Part shown: piece by piece, positions 17,065 through 25,883 of the stretch | Layout: each line of letters opens with the position of its first letter | Position numbering within the stretch: position 1 is the first letter of the stretch | IMG/VR virus record: IMGVR_UViG_3300007735_000552 | Location: 1 to 26,543 of that record | Direction: 5' to 3' (one strand) | DNA length: 26,543 nucleotides | Source of the DNA: a virus | Taxonomy: Duplodnaviria > Caudoviricetes | The notes under the pieces: generated by a model | What the model was told of the DNA's origin: nothing | The model's input: the letters and a program-made list of their open reading frames with translations, nothing else | Database searches by the model: none | Translations under genes and position numbers: made by a program

Positions 17065-17664
17065 GTGGGTGACGACGTGATCGAGTTCGTGAAGGTCACC
17101 GCGGCGACCGCGAGCACCTCGTCGCGCGTGCTCACGGTGCAAGCCGCGGGCGTTGGCGCCGAGGGCGACGACGACGGCGCGCAGGGCTTCGACGCCGTCG
17201 AGGTCGCGCAGCCCGCGGGGCTCATGGCTTCGCCGACGCTCACGCGGACGACGGAGGCCGTCGCGGTGCGGCGTGGCGACGAGCTCGTCGCGCTGGTGCT
17301 CATCGACAAGGGTGCGCCAGCGCAGAGCGTCGAGGCGGGCGAGACGCGGCTCTACGGCGCCGGGTCCGACAACTCCACCGCGGTCATCCGACTGCGCGCC
17401 AACGGCGACGTGGAGATCACCGCGAAGAGCGCGCGTGCGATCCGCCTCGCCACGTCGGGCGGCGGCGACATCGTGCTCAACGGCGGCACGCTCAAGGTCG
17501 CGCGCGTGACCGACGCGACGACGGGCCACTCGCACGCGCCGGGGTCGCTTGTCGTTGTCGTTCCGTCGGGCGGCGCGGGCGGCACGTTTCCCGTCACGGG
17601 CGCCACTGCGACCGCGACAGACACCATCGCATCGGGCGGCGGCGCCACCAACGTGAAGGCATGA
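17065..17664 (+). CDS. Baseplate spike (Mu gp45-like)
   Basis: QPAGLMASP, EAGETRLY, IRLRANGDVEI beta-helix repeats and a C-terminal GHSH. Confidence 0.8.
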   Translation: MGDDVIEFVKVTAATASTSSRVLTVQAAGVGAEGDDDGAQGFDAVEVAQPAGLMASPTLTRTTEAVAVRRGDELVALVLIDKGAPAQSVEAGETRLYGAGSDNSTAVIRLRANGDVEITAKSARAIRLATSGGGDIVLNGGTLKVARVTDATTGHSHAPGSLVVVVPSGGAGGTFPVTGATATATDTIASGGGATNVKA

Positions 17665-18044
17665 CGTACGCAGTCGCGAGAGCCCGTAGCGGCGTGAACG
17701 CCGAGGTGCAGTGGGACACGTCGCGCAACTCGTGGCGGCGCAGCGTGTCGCCCGCGGCGGAACTCGTCGTGATCGCCATGCAGTGTCAGCGCGGCGCGTG
17801 CCCTGTGGACCCTGCGCTCGGCGTCGATTGGACGAGCGTCGACAAGCTCCGCACCGACGCCCGCACGCGCGCCGAGGATGCGATCCGCACGGGGCTCAAG
17901 CGGTACGTCGACTCAGGCGCCATCGCTGACCTCGTGGTGAGCGTCGAGGTCTACCCCGCGCGTGGGCTGCTCACCTTCGATGTGAGTTTCGTTGACGTGC
18001 TCCTCGGAGCGCAGACCCGCCAGAGCGTGCGCGGCGAGAGGTGA
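17661..18044 (+). CDS. Baseplate protein (gp25/W or Mu gp46-like)
   Basis: RGACPVDPALGVDW and IRTGLKRYVDSG motifs; between spike and J. Confidence 0.7.
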   Translation: MTYAVARARSGVNAEVQWDTSRNSWRRSVSPAAELVVIAMQCQRGACPVDPALGVDWTSVDKLRTDARTRAEDAIRTGLKRYVDSGAIADLVVSVEVYPARGLLTFDVSFVDVLLGAQTRQSVRGER

Positions 18045-18048
18045 CCTA

Positions 18049-19554
18049 GTGGCATTCACGGGACGATCACGCGAGACCATCCGAAGCGAACTCCTCGCGT
18101 CGTGGGCAGCGAACTACGCCGCGCGCGGCGAGACGCTGCAGACCTCCGCAGGGAGCGATGCCTACCTCATGGCGTCTGCCTTCGCGGTGCAGATGGAGGG
18201 CATCGAGGCGCAAGCCGAACAGACCGCGCTCGACATCCTGCCTGACACCGCGAGCGCGGAGGCGCTGGACCGTCACGCCTTCGTTGATGGCATCGCGCGT
18301 CGGTCGGGCTTCACCGCGCGGCTGTCGGTCACGGTCACGTCGGGCGTCGCGACGACGTTCACCATCCCCGCGGGCACGCGCATGTCGTTCAGCGACGGCA
18401 CGCCGTACGTCGTGGAGAGCGCAAGCGTCACGACCTCGGGCGGTTCGCCTTCGGGCACCATCACCGTCCGCGCGACCGAGGCAGGCATCGCGAGCACGCG
18501 CGCCATCGGCGATGTGCTCACCTTCGCGACCGCGCCGTCGGGGCTCAACCCCACTGGCACCGTGGTGAGCGTGCTGCGGCAAGGCACCGACGCGGAGAGC
18601 GACGAGGACCTTGCGGCGCGCATCATCGCGCGTCGTCGTGAGCGCCCAGGCTCGGGCAATCGTGCCGATTGGGCCAGCTGGGTCGAGGCGTACACCGGCA
18701 CCGAGATCACGCAGACCTTCGTCTATCCGCTGCTCGCACCGCCTGCGGTGTTTCCCGGCGCGGGCACGCCGAGCACGCCGGGTTGCGTCACGGTCGTCGC
18801 CGTCGGCACCGCGCAGGGCGACAGCACCACCAACACGCGCATCGTCCCGACCGACGACGCGAGCACGCACACGGCTGGCGCCGAACTCACACGCATCGAG
18901 GAGTACATCGAGGGCGACCGCCTGCCCGATGGAACCGACGTGAGCGACACGCCGAACGACCCGCTGCGACCCGTCACGGTCACGCCGGGGAACTACTGCG
19001 TTCAGGCTCTTTCCGTCAGCCCGGAGAACGTCGTCGTTGACGTGGTCGTGAGCTTCGCCAACATCCTCCAATGGTCTGGATCGATGGTGATTGTTACCGC
19101 GAGCTCGACGCAACTCGTCGTCAGCGGCGATCAGACCGCAAACGATGGGTTCCGCGCGCTCGTGAACATCGGCACCGCGAACTACCGCGGCGGATACAAG
19201 CTCTTCACGCTCGGCATCGGCAACTACGACGGCGTCAACACGACTTTTCCTGTCAGCGACGCGACTATCGCGACGGCGACGGGCACCGTGTATCCGGGCC
19301 ACGGGAACTTCAACGCGATGCGCGCCGCCGCGCTCGCGTACTTCGACGCGCTCGGCCCCGGCGACACGTCGCCCGCCTCGCGCTGGCCGACCGAGGATGA
19401 CACCTCCCGCGCGCGGCTCTACATCACCGCGCTCGCGGCCGCGATCAACGGCGCCGAGGGCGTGCTCTCCGCGGAGACGACGACGCCCGCGGCGGACGTG
19501 TCGCCCGCGGCGAAGACGGTTGTGACCCTCGGCACCTTCCGCACGACGACGTGA
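18049..19554 (+). CDS. Baseplate J / Mu gp47-like wedge protein
   Basis: ILPDTASAEALDRHA, IPAGT, GTDAESDEDLAARI and GSGNRADWASW motifs; GTG start at 18049. Confidence 0.92.
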   Translation: MAFTGRSRETIRSELLASWAANYAARGETLQTSAGSDAYLMASAFAVQMEGIEAQAEQTALDILPDTASAEALDRHAFVDGIARRSGFTARLSVTVTSGVATTFTIPAGTRMSFSDGTPYVVESASVTTSGGSPSGTITVRATEAGIASTRAIGDVLTFATAPSGLNPTGTVVSVLRQGTDAESDEDLAARIIARRRERPGSGNRADWASWVEAYTGTEITQTFVYPLLAPPAVFPGAGTPSTPGCVTVVAVGTAQGDSTTNTRIVPTDDASTHTAGAELTRIEEYIEGDRLPDGTDVSDTPNDPLRPVTVTPGNYCVQALSVSPENVVVDVVVSFANILQWSGSMVIVTASSTQLVVSGDQTANDGFRALVNIGTANYRGGYKLFTLGIGNYDGVNTTFPVSDATIATATGTVYPGHGNFNAMRAAALAYFDALGPGDTSPASRWPTEDDTSRARLYITALAAAINGAEGVLSAETTTPAADVSPAAKTVVTLGTFRTTT

Positions 19555-19557
19555 CGC

Positions 19558-19950
19558 ATGGCGACCATCACCACGTTCACCCGCGCACGCCCCGCTGACT
19601 CAACGCAGGCCGTCGCGTCGCAAGACCTCACGCCCTCCGCGCTCGGGCGCCTCGGGTCCGTCGTGGTCACCGAAGACACCGCGCAGGATGGCGGCGCGTC
19701 GGTCACGGTGCGAGAGGATGCCTACTCTTGGACGGGGCCGCTCGGCGCGAGCGTTGACCCGCGCACAGGGCGACCGTTCCGCGCGGCGCCGTGGGTCGGC
19801 GCGTACCCCGCGGACCTCCTCGCGTTCGCGACGGAGCTGCCTCTGAGCGCGTACCTCACCACGTCGCAGACTTCGTACGGCGGGCTCATCGCTGCCGTCG
19901 CCACGCTCCTCGGCGCGTGGGGCTGGACCTCCGCAACGGAGACGGTCTAG
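19558..19950 (+). CDS. Hypothetical protein (130 aa)
   Basis: Starts 3 nt after the J stop, with phage-like codon usage. Confidence 0.6.
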   Translation: MATITTFTRARPADSTQAVASQDLTPSALGRLGSVVVTEDTAQDGGASVTVREDAYSWTGPLGASVDPRTGRPFRAAPWVGAYPADLLAFATELPLSAYLTTSQTSYGGLIAAVATLLGAWGWTSATETV

Positions 19951-20576
19951 CCGCGGTCGCATCGCGACGTGCGAGCGTTGCACACGAAGCCCGTTGCGCA
20001 CCGATAGCCGCACTCCGCGCAGTTGTACCGCGGGCCGCTCGGATCGACGCAGAGCGCGACGCCGCACGCCACAAGCCCCGGCGCGCATCGATGGACGCAC
20101 ACGCTCTGTGAGCACGCGGGCACGCTGCCCACCCCGCGCGCGGCGCACCTCACCCCGCAGGCGCCGCAGTTCGCCGGGTCGGCGGCGAAGCTGTCCACGC
20201 ACGTCGACCCGCAGAGGTGTGGCGGGTCGCACGCCACCACGTCGCGCGACGGCTGCGGCGGGGCCACCACGTCGGGCTCGATGACCACATCAGCGGCCCT
20301 CGCGGCGTCGGACGATGCGGCGTCGCTGGAGCCCGTTGCGGGCACGTCGGCAGGCGGGACGGGCGTTGCCGCGTCGGGGGCGTCAGCGGGCACAGGCGGG
20401 GCCTCCGCGGGGCAGGAGCACGCGCCCACGGTCCCGGCCTCGTCGCAGACCTGCGCGCCGAAGACGCCGCCGGGGCAGACACACGCCGCGGTGGTGCCAG
20501 GGGTGCAGTCCCGCGGCGCGAGCTCGGCGGACACAGAGCACCCGAGGGCGAACGCAGCGGCGATGAGGTGGCGCAT
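19947..20576 (-). CDS. Cys-rich lipoprotein (Stig1-like DPxNCGxCG repeats), moron
   Basis: Signal/lipobox MRHLIAAAFALG-C, a 6-Cys domain, an Asp/Ala/Pro linker and a 16-Cys domain with CVD..DPANCGACGVRC and CVD...YNCAECGYRC. Confidence 0.8.
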   Translation of the reverse strand: MRHLIAAAFALGCSVSAELAPRDCTPGTTAACVCPGGVFGAQVCDEAGTVGACSCPAEAPPVPADAPDAATPVPPADVPATGSSDAASSDAARAADVVIEPDVVAPPQPSRDVVACDPPHLCGSTCVDSFAADPANCGACGVRCAARGVGSVPACSQSVCVHRCAPGLVACGVALCVDPSGPRYNCAECGYRCATGFVCNARTSRCDRG

Positions 20577-20583
20577 GGGCGTC

Positions 20584-20612
20584 ACTTTACGCTTGACCCT
20601 CGCAAGATTCCA
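20584..20612 (-). promoter_or_regulatory. Candidate leaderless promoter for the moron
   Basis: TAAAGT (20589-20584) lies 7 nt before ATG 20576 with no SD. A weak -35, TGGAAT, sits at 17 bp spacing. Confidence 0.45.
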
Positions 20613-20662
20613 TGACGCGGCGGATTCGCGCGCGCGTCGCAACTCGTGTACCCTCCCCCGCG

Positions 20663-21286
20663 ATGCCGCAACGACCGCAGCCGCTACCCACCGCGCCGAC
20701 GCTCAATGACACCGAGCGTCTATTCGCGCGGCAGTTCGCGATGTTGCTCGGCCCCTGGTACGGCGCCGCGGACGGCACGCGCAACGCCGCGGAGGTCGAG
20801 GGCATCGGCGAGTCGCTCGCGGAGTCCAGCGGCACCAACGAGAGCGTGGGCCGCGAGGCGTTCGTCAACCTCGCGTCGGCGCTACTCCCTGAGTGGGAGG
20901 CGCTTTACAAGATCCCTGCGCCACTGACGACGACGGCCGCGCGCCGCACGTCGCTCCTCGCGCGAACGCGCGCAGGGTTCATCGCGCACCCGCGCACCAT
21001 CGTCGAGGCCATCCGCGACATCGCTGGCGCCGATGCGACCGTGCTGGAGCCGCTGTGGTCTGATGTCACCGCGGACCCCGAGCGTGTGCACGTCATCGTT
21101 GTGCGCATGAGCGCCGATGCCTACGGGACGCCACCCGACCACACCGCGACCTATCAGCAGATCGTCGACGTGGTGGGCCGCATGAAGCCCGCGCACATCG
21201 AGGCGGTCTACACCGGAACGCAGACCACGGCATTCCTCACCGACGACCCAGACAGCCTCACGGACAACACCGTGTTGAGAGCGTGA
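20663..21286 (+). CDS. Baseplate wedge protein (Mu gp48/YmfQ/DUF2313-like)
   Basis: LLPEWEALYKIP...RRTSLLAR and RMKPAHI motifs; start placed at ATG 20663. Confidence 0.85.
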   Translation: MPQRPQPLPTAPTLNDTERLFARQFAMLLGPWYGAADGTRNAAEVEGIGESLAESSGTNESVGREAFVNLASALLPEWEALYKIPAPLTTTAARRTSLLARTRAGFIAHPRTIVEAIRDIAGADATVLEPLWSDVTADPERVHVIVVRMSADAYGTPPDHTATYQQIVDVVGRMKPAHIEAVYTGTQTTAFLTDDPDSLTDNTVLRA

Positions 21287-21289
21287 CCG

Positions 21290-21838
21290 ATGGAACCACT
21301 CGCGAAAACATGGACGGTCTTGCAGCAGGTCGAGAGCGCGGACCTCAACCAGCTTCAACGCAACGCCGTCGCGCTGCGCCCTTCCGCAGGCACCGCAACG
21401 AACTCGTGGAGCGCCGTTGCCAACGGGCAACAGGGGGTGATGTTCCAGAGCGAGAGCAACGTCGCCAACGGCACGGTGATCACCATCGACACGTCGCTCG
21501 ATTGGCGCGACCGCGTGCTCTACGGGTGGGTTCTCGCGTACGGCGCGGCGACGTACCCGGGCAACGCGAACGACACCAACATGAACAGCGGCGCGGCGTC
21601 GCTGTATCACTTCGTGCTCTACACGGGCACGGGTGCCACCGACGCGGGCGCGGCGCTGGTGAGCAACGGCAACCCGCCCGCGCTCGGGTACTACACCGAC
21701 ATGGGCGTTACCAACGTGTTCATCTTCTGCGACACGTCGGCGGGCGGCGGCAAGCTGCGTATCTACAACGGCAGCGGCGCCGTGTTCTACACGCCGACTG
21801 TGTTCATCTACGCCACGCAGGATCTCGGCAAGCGCTGA
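21290..21838 (+). CDS. Putative tail fibre-proximal structural protein
   Basis: Follows gp48; N-terminal W...VESADLNQLQ resembles fibre attachment motifs; beta-rich. Confidence 0.55.
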   Translation: MEPLAKTWTVLQQVESADLNQLQRNAVALRPSAGTATNSWSAVANGQQGVMFQSESNVANGTVITIDTSLDWRDRVLYGWVLAYGAATYPGNANDTNMNSGAASLYHFVLYTGTGATDAGAALVSNGNPPALGYYTDMGVTNVFIFCDTSAGGGKLRIYNGSGAVFYTPTVFIYATQDLGKR

Positions 21839-21876
21839 CCTCAACCTCTCTCGCGTCCACGCACTAGGAGCACATC

Positions 21877-22392
21877 ATGGGCAACCCCGCGTCATTCGTC
21901 ACCGCCGCCTCTACCGCCGACCGCAACACCTTCACCGCCGCGCAGACCTTCACGGGCGGCGTCTCCGTCACGGGTGGCATCTCGGGCGGTGTGCGGCAGA
22001 TCGTGTCGTTCGGTCAGACCAACATCGTCGCGGGCGACAACGCCACGCCCGCGAGTTCTACGCCTGTGCAGGCGCACTGGTGCGGCGTGTCGGGGCTCAC
22101 GACGTGTGCCTTCGTCGCGATGCGCGCGGGCTCCGTAACGGGGCTGTCGATCAACATCAACACCGCCGCCGCCGGGTCCAGCCTCATCGTGGGCGTCTAC
22201 AAGAACGGCACGATCATCAACGCCTCCGCCATCGTCACCCTCGCGGCCACCGACGTGAAGGGTCAGGGCACGTTCACGTCGGGCTCCTACACATTCGTCG
22301 CGGGCGACGTGATCGACGTGCGAATCCGCACGGGCTCGGGATGGAGCGCGACCGCCGCCGACGCTTCCATCGTCGTCGAGATCGAGACCTGA
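21877..22392 (+). CDS. Putative tail/virion structural protein
   Basis: SD AGGAG; NTFTAAQTFTGG fibre-like motif; C-terminal VYKNGT...FVAGDVIDV beta sandwich. Confidence 0.65.
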   Translation: MGNPASFVTAASTADRNTFTAAQTFTGGVSVTGGISGGVRQIVSFGQTNIVAGDNATPASSTPVQAHWCGVSGLTTCAFVAMRAGSVTGLSININTAAAGSSLIVGVYKNGTIINASAIVTLAATDVKGQGTFTSGSYTFVAGDVIDVRIRTGSGWSATAADASIVVEIET

Positions 22393-22404
22393 GAGGGCGA
22401 CGCC

Positions 22405-22878
22405 GTGGCGAAGATCAATCCCATCACCCTCCGCGCGGCGTCGCTGACGCTGACGGGCTCTCTCGCCACGGTCGTCGGGACCGTGAGCACCGACAACGCG
22501 AACGCCACGAGCGGCGCGGCGTCCATCGGTTCGCTCGCGTCGTTGCGTCTCGTGTGCACCTACGCGCGGCACGCATCGTCCACCACGGGGCGCCCCATCT
22601 TCGAGGTCGACCTCTCGATGGATGCGCCGAACACGGCCGCGGCGTCGGTGTCCAACTGGATGCCTGCGACGCTTCTCGACGGGAGCACATTCAGCGCGGG
22701 GCGCATCGACGCCTACGCGATGCAGGTCTCGCTCGCACCGTCGACTACAGGGAGCACCACGCGAGGCACGCCGCCCATCGACGTGTCGGGCGCGTGGTGG
22801 ATCCGCGTGCGCGTGTACGACGTGGACGGGTCCAACCCCGGCGCGATCTCCGCGCTCGCCTTCGGGGGTGAGACGTGA
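22405..22878 (+). CDS. Putative virion structural protein
   Basis: Beta-rich and Thr/Ser/Ala-rich, with WWIRVRV; GTGA overlap with the next gene. Confidence 0.6.
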   Translation: MAKINPITLRAASLTLTGSLATVVGTVSTDNANATSGAASIGSLASLRLVCTYARHASSTTGRPIFEVDLSMDAPNTAAASVSNWMPATLLDGSTFSAGRIDAYAMQVSLAPSTTGSTTRGTPPIDVSGAWWIRVRVYDVDGSNPGAISALAFGGET

Positions 22879-23561
22879 GCGCGTTCGACCCGAGCGCGCC
22901 GGGTCTGCCCATCGTCGGCGGTGGCGGCGCATCGCTCCCCACCACGCCCGCCTTCGCGCTCCTCGACGCGGCGAACGCGGGCAAGATCGTCGGGCTCGCA
23001 CAAAGCACCGGCGTGGGCACGAGCTTCGACCCCAACGTGGTCGTTGAGGCGGGCGTGGGCCTCGCCGCGGGCACCACCGCGGGCGCGACGCTCGTGGGCG
23101 ACGGCACCGAGGGCGCAGTGCTCACGTCGGCGACGATCTCCGCGCTCCTCGCGAGCGCCAATGCGGCGGCGGCGCGCACGGCGCTCGGTGTGCAGGACGG
23201 GCCTCGGCTGATTCCGCTCGCCGGCTACACCACCACCGTCTCGACGGTCGACGTTGCCATCGGCGGCGCCCGCTTCGACCCCGCGGACTACGCGATCACG
23301 GCCCGCACGACGGTGCTCACCCTCGACGCGATCGGGCAGGTGGTGAGCGGTGTGACCGGCACGCTGACTCTCTACAACCTCACCGACGCGAGCACTGCGG
23401 CCACGCTCACGTGGACCGAGACCAGCGCGACCCGCAAGACCGCGTCCGTGACGCTGCCGACCACCCCGAAGGTCTACGAGCTCCGCTTCAAGAAGAGCGG
23501 CGGGGCCGTGAGCGATTACGCGGTGATCAGCACCGCCAACGTCCGAATCACCTGGAGCTGA
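22875..23561 (+). CDS. Putative tail fibre-like protein
   Basis: Fibre motif SALLASANAAAARTALG and a beta-rich C-terminal domain. Confidence 0.6.
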   Translation: MSAFDPSAPGLPIVGGGGASLPTTPAFALLDAANAGKIVGLAQSTGVGTSFDPNVVVEAGVGLAAGTTAGATLVGDGTEGAVLTSATISALLASANAAAARTALGVQDGPRLIPLAGYTTTVSTVDVAIGGARFDPADYAITARTTVLTLDAIGQVVSGVTGTLTLYNLTDASTAATLTWTETSATRKTASVTLPTTPKVYELRFKKSGGAVSDYAVISTANVRITWS

Positions 23562-23565
23562 CCCA

Positions 23566-24516
23566 ATGGCCACAATCGTCAACGTCTCATCTCCCGCGAA
23601 CGGCACCGCGGCGATCTTTTCGCTGCTCACGACGCTCTGCAGCGCGGGCTGGATCGTCAAGCGATGGAGCGATGCCACCACGCTGTCAGCGGACAACGTC
23701 AACCTCACCACGAACCCATACGGCGGCAGCGGCAGCGGTGCGGGCAACCTCGGAAACACCAGCGCGTGGTTCCGCGTCGCCGCGTCGGGCGGCTCGCGCG
23801 AGTGGCTCTTTCAGCGCGGCTCGGGCGACGCGACGTGGACGGTGTCGCGGTCCGTCGCGGGTTTCACGGGCGGCTCCCCGAGCGCCACGACCGCGGGCAC
23901 CGCGACCGACGCCACGGCGCTCTTCAGCGCGGCGTCGCTCTTCTCCGCGACCCCCGGCCGGTGGTTCATTTCGGTGGACGATGCGGACAACTTCGGGTGG
24001 ACGGCCTACGCGATCCCCGTCGGCGGCGGCAACGTGTTGAGCTTCCTGTCGGACGAGCCTCTGCAGAGCGGTACGACGGCGACGGAGGACACCGACCCGT
24101 ACCTGTGGATCGGGTACTACAACGCCACGGGGCTGGGACCGGCGGGCACCTTCTCGATCACTTCGGGGTCGGCGATGCTCGGGTACAAGCGATACACGAC
24201 CGCCGCGTCGAATCAGCGCATCACCTACGGTCTGGTGTCTGATGGCACCAACCAGCTAGCGCCCGCCACCAACACTGGCGCGGCACAGCTGGGACAGACG
24301 CCCGTCGGTGGCCGCGAGGTGCCGTGGCAGATTCCCGTCTCGCGCAACGCAACCGCAAGCACGTCGTCGGGGTGGGTCGGGGTCCCGAGCCGTCACCGCT
24401 GGAACACCGTGGGCGGGCGCGTCAACGGCGACAAGCTCGTGAGCGGCGCCGACAACTGGTTGTATGCCGCGGGCCTGTGGGTCAAGTGGGACTCCTCGAC
24501 GCCCACGCTGAGCTGA
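23566..24516 (+). CDS. Putative virion structural protein (316 aa)
   Basis: Gly/Ser/Thr/Trp-rich beta protein with LLTTLCSAGW N-terminus; co-oriented in the tail block. Confidence 0.65.
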   Translation: MATIVNVSSPANGTAAIFSLLTTLCSAGWIVKRWSDATTLSADNVNLTTNPYGGSGSGAGNLGNTSAWFRVAASGGSREWLFQRGSGDATWTVSRSVAGFTGGSPSATTAGTATDATALFSAASLFSATPGRWFISVDDADNFGWTAYAIPVGGGNVLSFLSDEPLQSGTTATEDTDPYLWIGYYNATGLGPAGTFSITSGSAMLGYKRYTTAASNQRITYGLVSDGTNQLAPATNTGAAQLGQTPVGGREVPWQIPVSRNATASTSSGWVGVPSRHRWNTVGGRVNGDKLVSGADNWLYAAGLWVKWDSSTPTLS

Positions 24517-24523
24517 GGTCGAC

Positions 24524-24727
24524 GTGGCGACATTCAACGCCTTCGTGATCCCCGCCGTCACCACGCCGTTCGCAGGCCGGTGCGGCACTGCGCGCGGGGC
24601 CTTCCCCGTGCTGCAGGGCGCCGTCACCACGTACTTCTACCGCACGAGCGCTGGGGCTCGCGGCAGCACCACCGACCTCGGCGCGGTGCCCGCGGGCGCG
24701 GTCATCGAGCGGACGGTGACGTCGTGA
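24524..24727 (+). CDS. Hypothetical protein (67 aa)
   Basis: SD GAGG before GTG; fills the gap between neighbouring genes. Confidence 0.55.
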   Translation: MATFNAFVIPAVTTPFAGRCGTARGAFPVLQGAVTTYFYRTSAGARGSTTDLGAVPAGAVIERTVTS

Positions 24728-24755
24728 CCGCCGCTGCGCTCGCACGGAGGCTGTG

Positions 24756-25223
24756 ATGCATCCCGCGCTGCAGATCGCCCTCGGGGTCGCCTCTCTCGCG
24801 GTGGTGCTCTCGCAGCTCGTCGCGCGATGGGGCGGGCGTGCGCAGCGGCAGGAGAGCGACGGGCGCGTGCTGGAGCGCGTCGAGGGCGCGGCGCAGTCCC
24901 AGGCGCTGACCGGCGCGACGCTGTCGGCCACGCTGCACACGCTCACCGAGACCGTCGCGAAAATGCACGCCACGCTCGACGGTGTGGCGTCGAAGATGGG
25001 CGTGCACGACGTCGCGGTCGCCGAGGCGCGGGTCAAGGCGGACGCAGACCGCGACCGCGTGACGCGGCTGGAGGCGCAGGTCACCGACGCCGCCGCGCGC
25101 CTTGTCGACGTGGATCACCGGCAGACCGAGGCGCGGCACACGCTGCGCGCGGAGATGCACACGGCTCTTGCGGCGCTGCGCGCCGAGGCGATCAATGCTC
25201 CACGCTCTGCTCGTCGAGGATGA
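24756..25223 (+). CDS. Membrane-anchored coiled-coil protein
   Basis: SD GGAGG; N-terminal hydrophobic helix ALQIALGVASLAVVLSQLV followed by a long heptad-rich helix. Confidence 0.75.
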   Translation: MHPALQIALGVASLAVVLSQLVARWGGRAQRQESDGRVLERVEGAAQSQALTGATLSATLHTLTETVAKMHATLDGVASKMGVHDVAVAEARVKADADRDRVTRLEAQVTDAAARLVDVDHRQTEARHTLRAEMHTALAALRAEAINAPRSARRG

Positions 25224-25584
25224 CGATGGCCACGCCTCGATCGTGGTCGACGGCCTCCGCGGGCTCGCGTGGATACAGCGCGTCACCACGCTCGCGGAGG
25301 CGCGTCAGGTGCTCCGCGTGGCGGTGCCCGACGTGGTGCTCTGCGACCTGCGCGGCACGTCGGACGTGTCGCCCATCGACGCCGCAAGCGACCTGCGCAT
25401 CGCGCTCGACAGCGCGGGCGCGTCGATCCGCGCGCGTGTGCCGCTGGTGCTCACGAGCGGGCTCGACCCCTACGTCCTCGACGGGATCGCGGGCGCGCTC
25501 GTCAACACCCTCGCGCTACCCAAGCCATTCTCCTGCAACGACCTACGCGCACTCGTCGCGCGTGTAACCGGAGTGACCGCATGA
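25195..25584 (+). CDS. Single-domain response regulator receiver (CheY-like)
   Basis: ALLVEDD (E8-D10), PDVVLCD (D51), PLVLTS (S88) and LPKPF (K110); 129 aa with no output domain. Confidence 0.88.
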   Translation: MLHALLVEDDDGHASIVVDGLRGLAWIQRVTTLAEARQVLRVAVPDVVLCDLRGTSDVSPIDAASDLRIALDSAGASIRARVPLVLTSGLDPYVLDGIAGALVNTLALPKPFSCNDLRALVARVTGVTA

Positions 25585-25883
25585 CATCGTCTCAGCTCCT
25601 CTCCTGGCTCTCGGATCACGCGGCCGCGCTGTGGCCCGTCGTCTCCGCGCTGCTCCTCGTGGCGCTGCGCTCGCGCACCCCAGAGCAGTGGGTCGCCCTG
25701 GGCGAGACGTCGCCGCGGTGGCAGGGCGCGATCCGCCTGCTGCGCGCGGTGGGCCTCGACCCCGCGAAGGCGCTCAGCGCCCTCGGGCAGATCGTGACCG
25801 GCCGCGCCCCCGCGCGTGCGGTGCAGATCGCCGACACCGTCCAGCGCGCGACGCAGGCCCCGCCGCCGCCGGGAGGCGCGTGA
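25581..25883 (+). CDS. Small membrane protein, holin-like
   Basis: ATGA overlap with the receiver stop; hydrophobic AALWPVVSALLLVAL; RLLRAVGLDP; 100 aa. Confidence 0.55.
   Translation: MTSSQLLSWLSDHAAALWPVVSALLLVALRSRTPEQWVALGETSPRWQGAIRLLRAVGLDPAKALSALGQIVTGRAPARAVQIADTVQRATQAPPPPGGA

Noticed and set aside
15234-17309. 691-aa minus-strand ORF and the many other long antisense or alternate-frame ORFs (e.g. 5353-6615, 18067-19302, 502-1152)
   Set aside because: They are shadow ORFs expected at this GC content, overlap recognisable genes and show no motifs.
10212-19554. Tailocin, eCIS or T6SS interpretation of the contractile tail genes
   Set aside because: Terminase, portal, protease and capsid genes are present and intact, so this encodes a full virion.
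21290-24727. Diversity-generating retroelement or invertible fibre cassette
   Set aside because: No reverse transcriptase, invertase or template/variable repeat pair was seen by eye.
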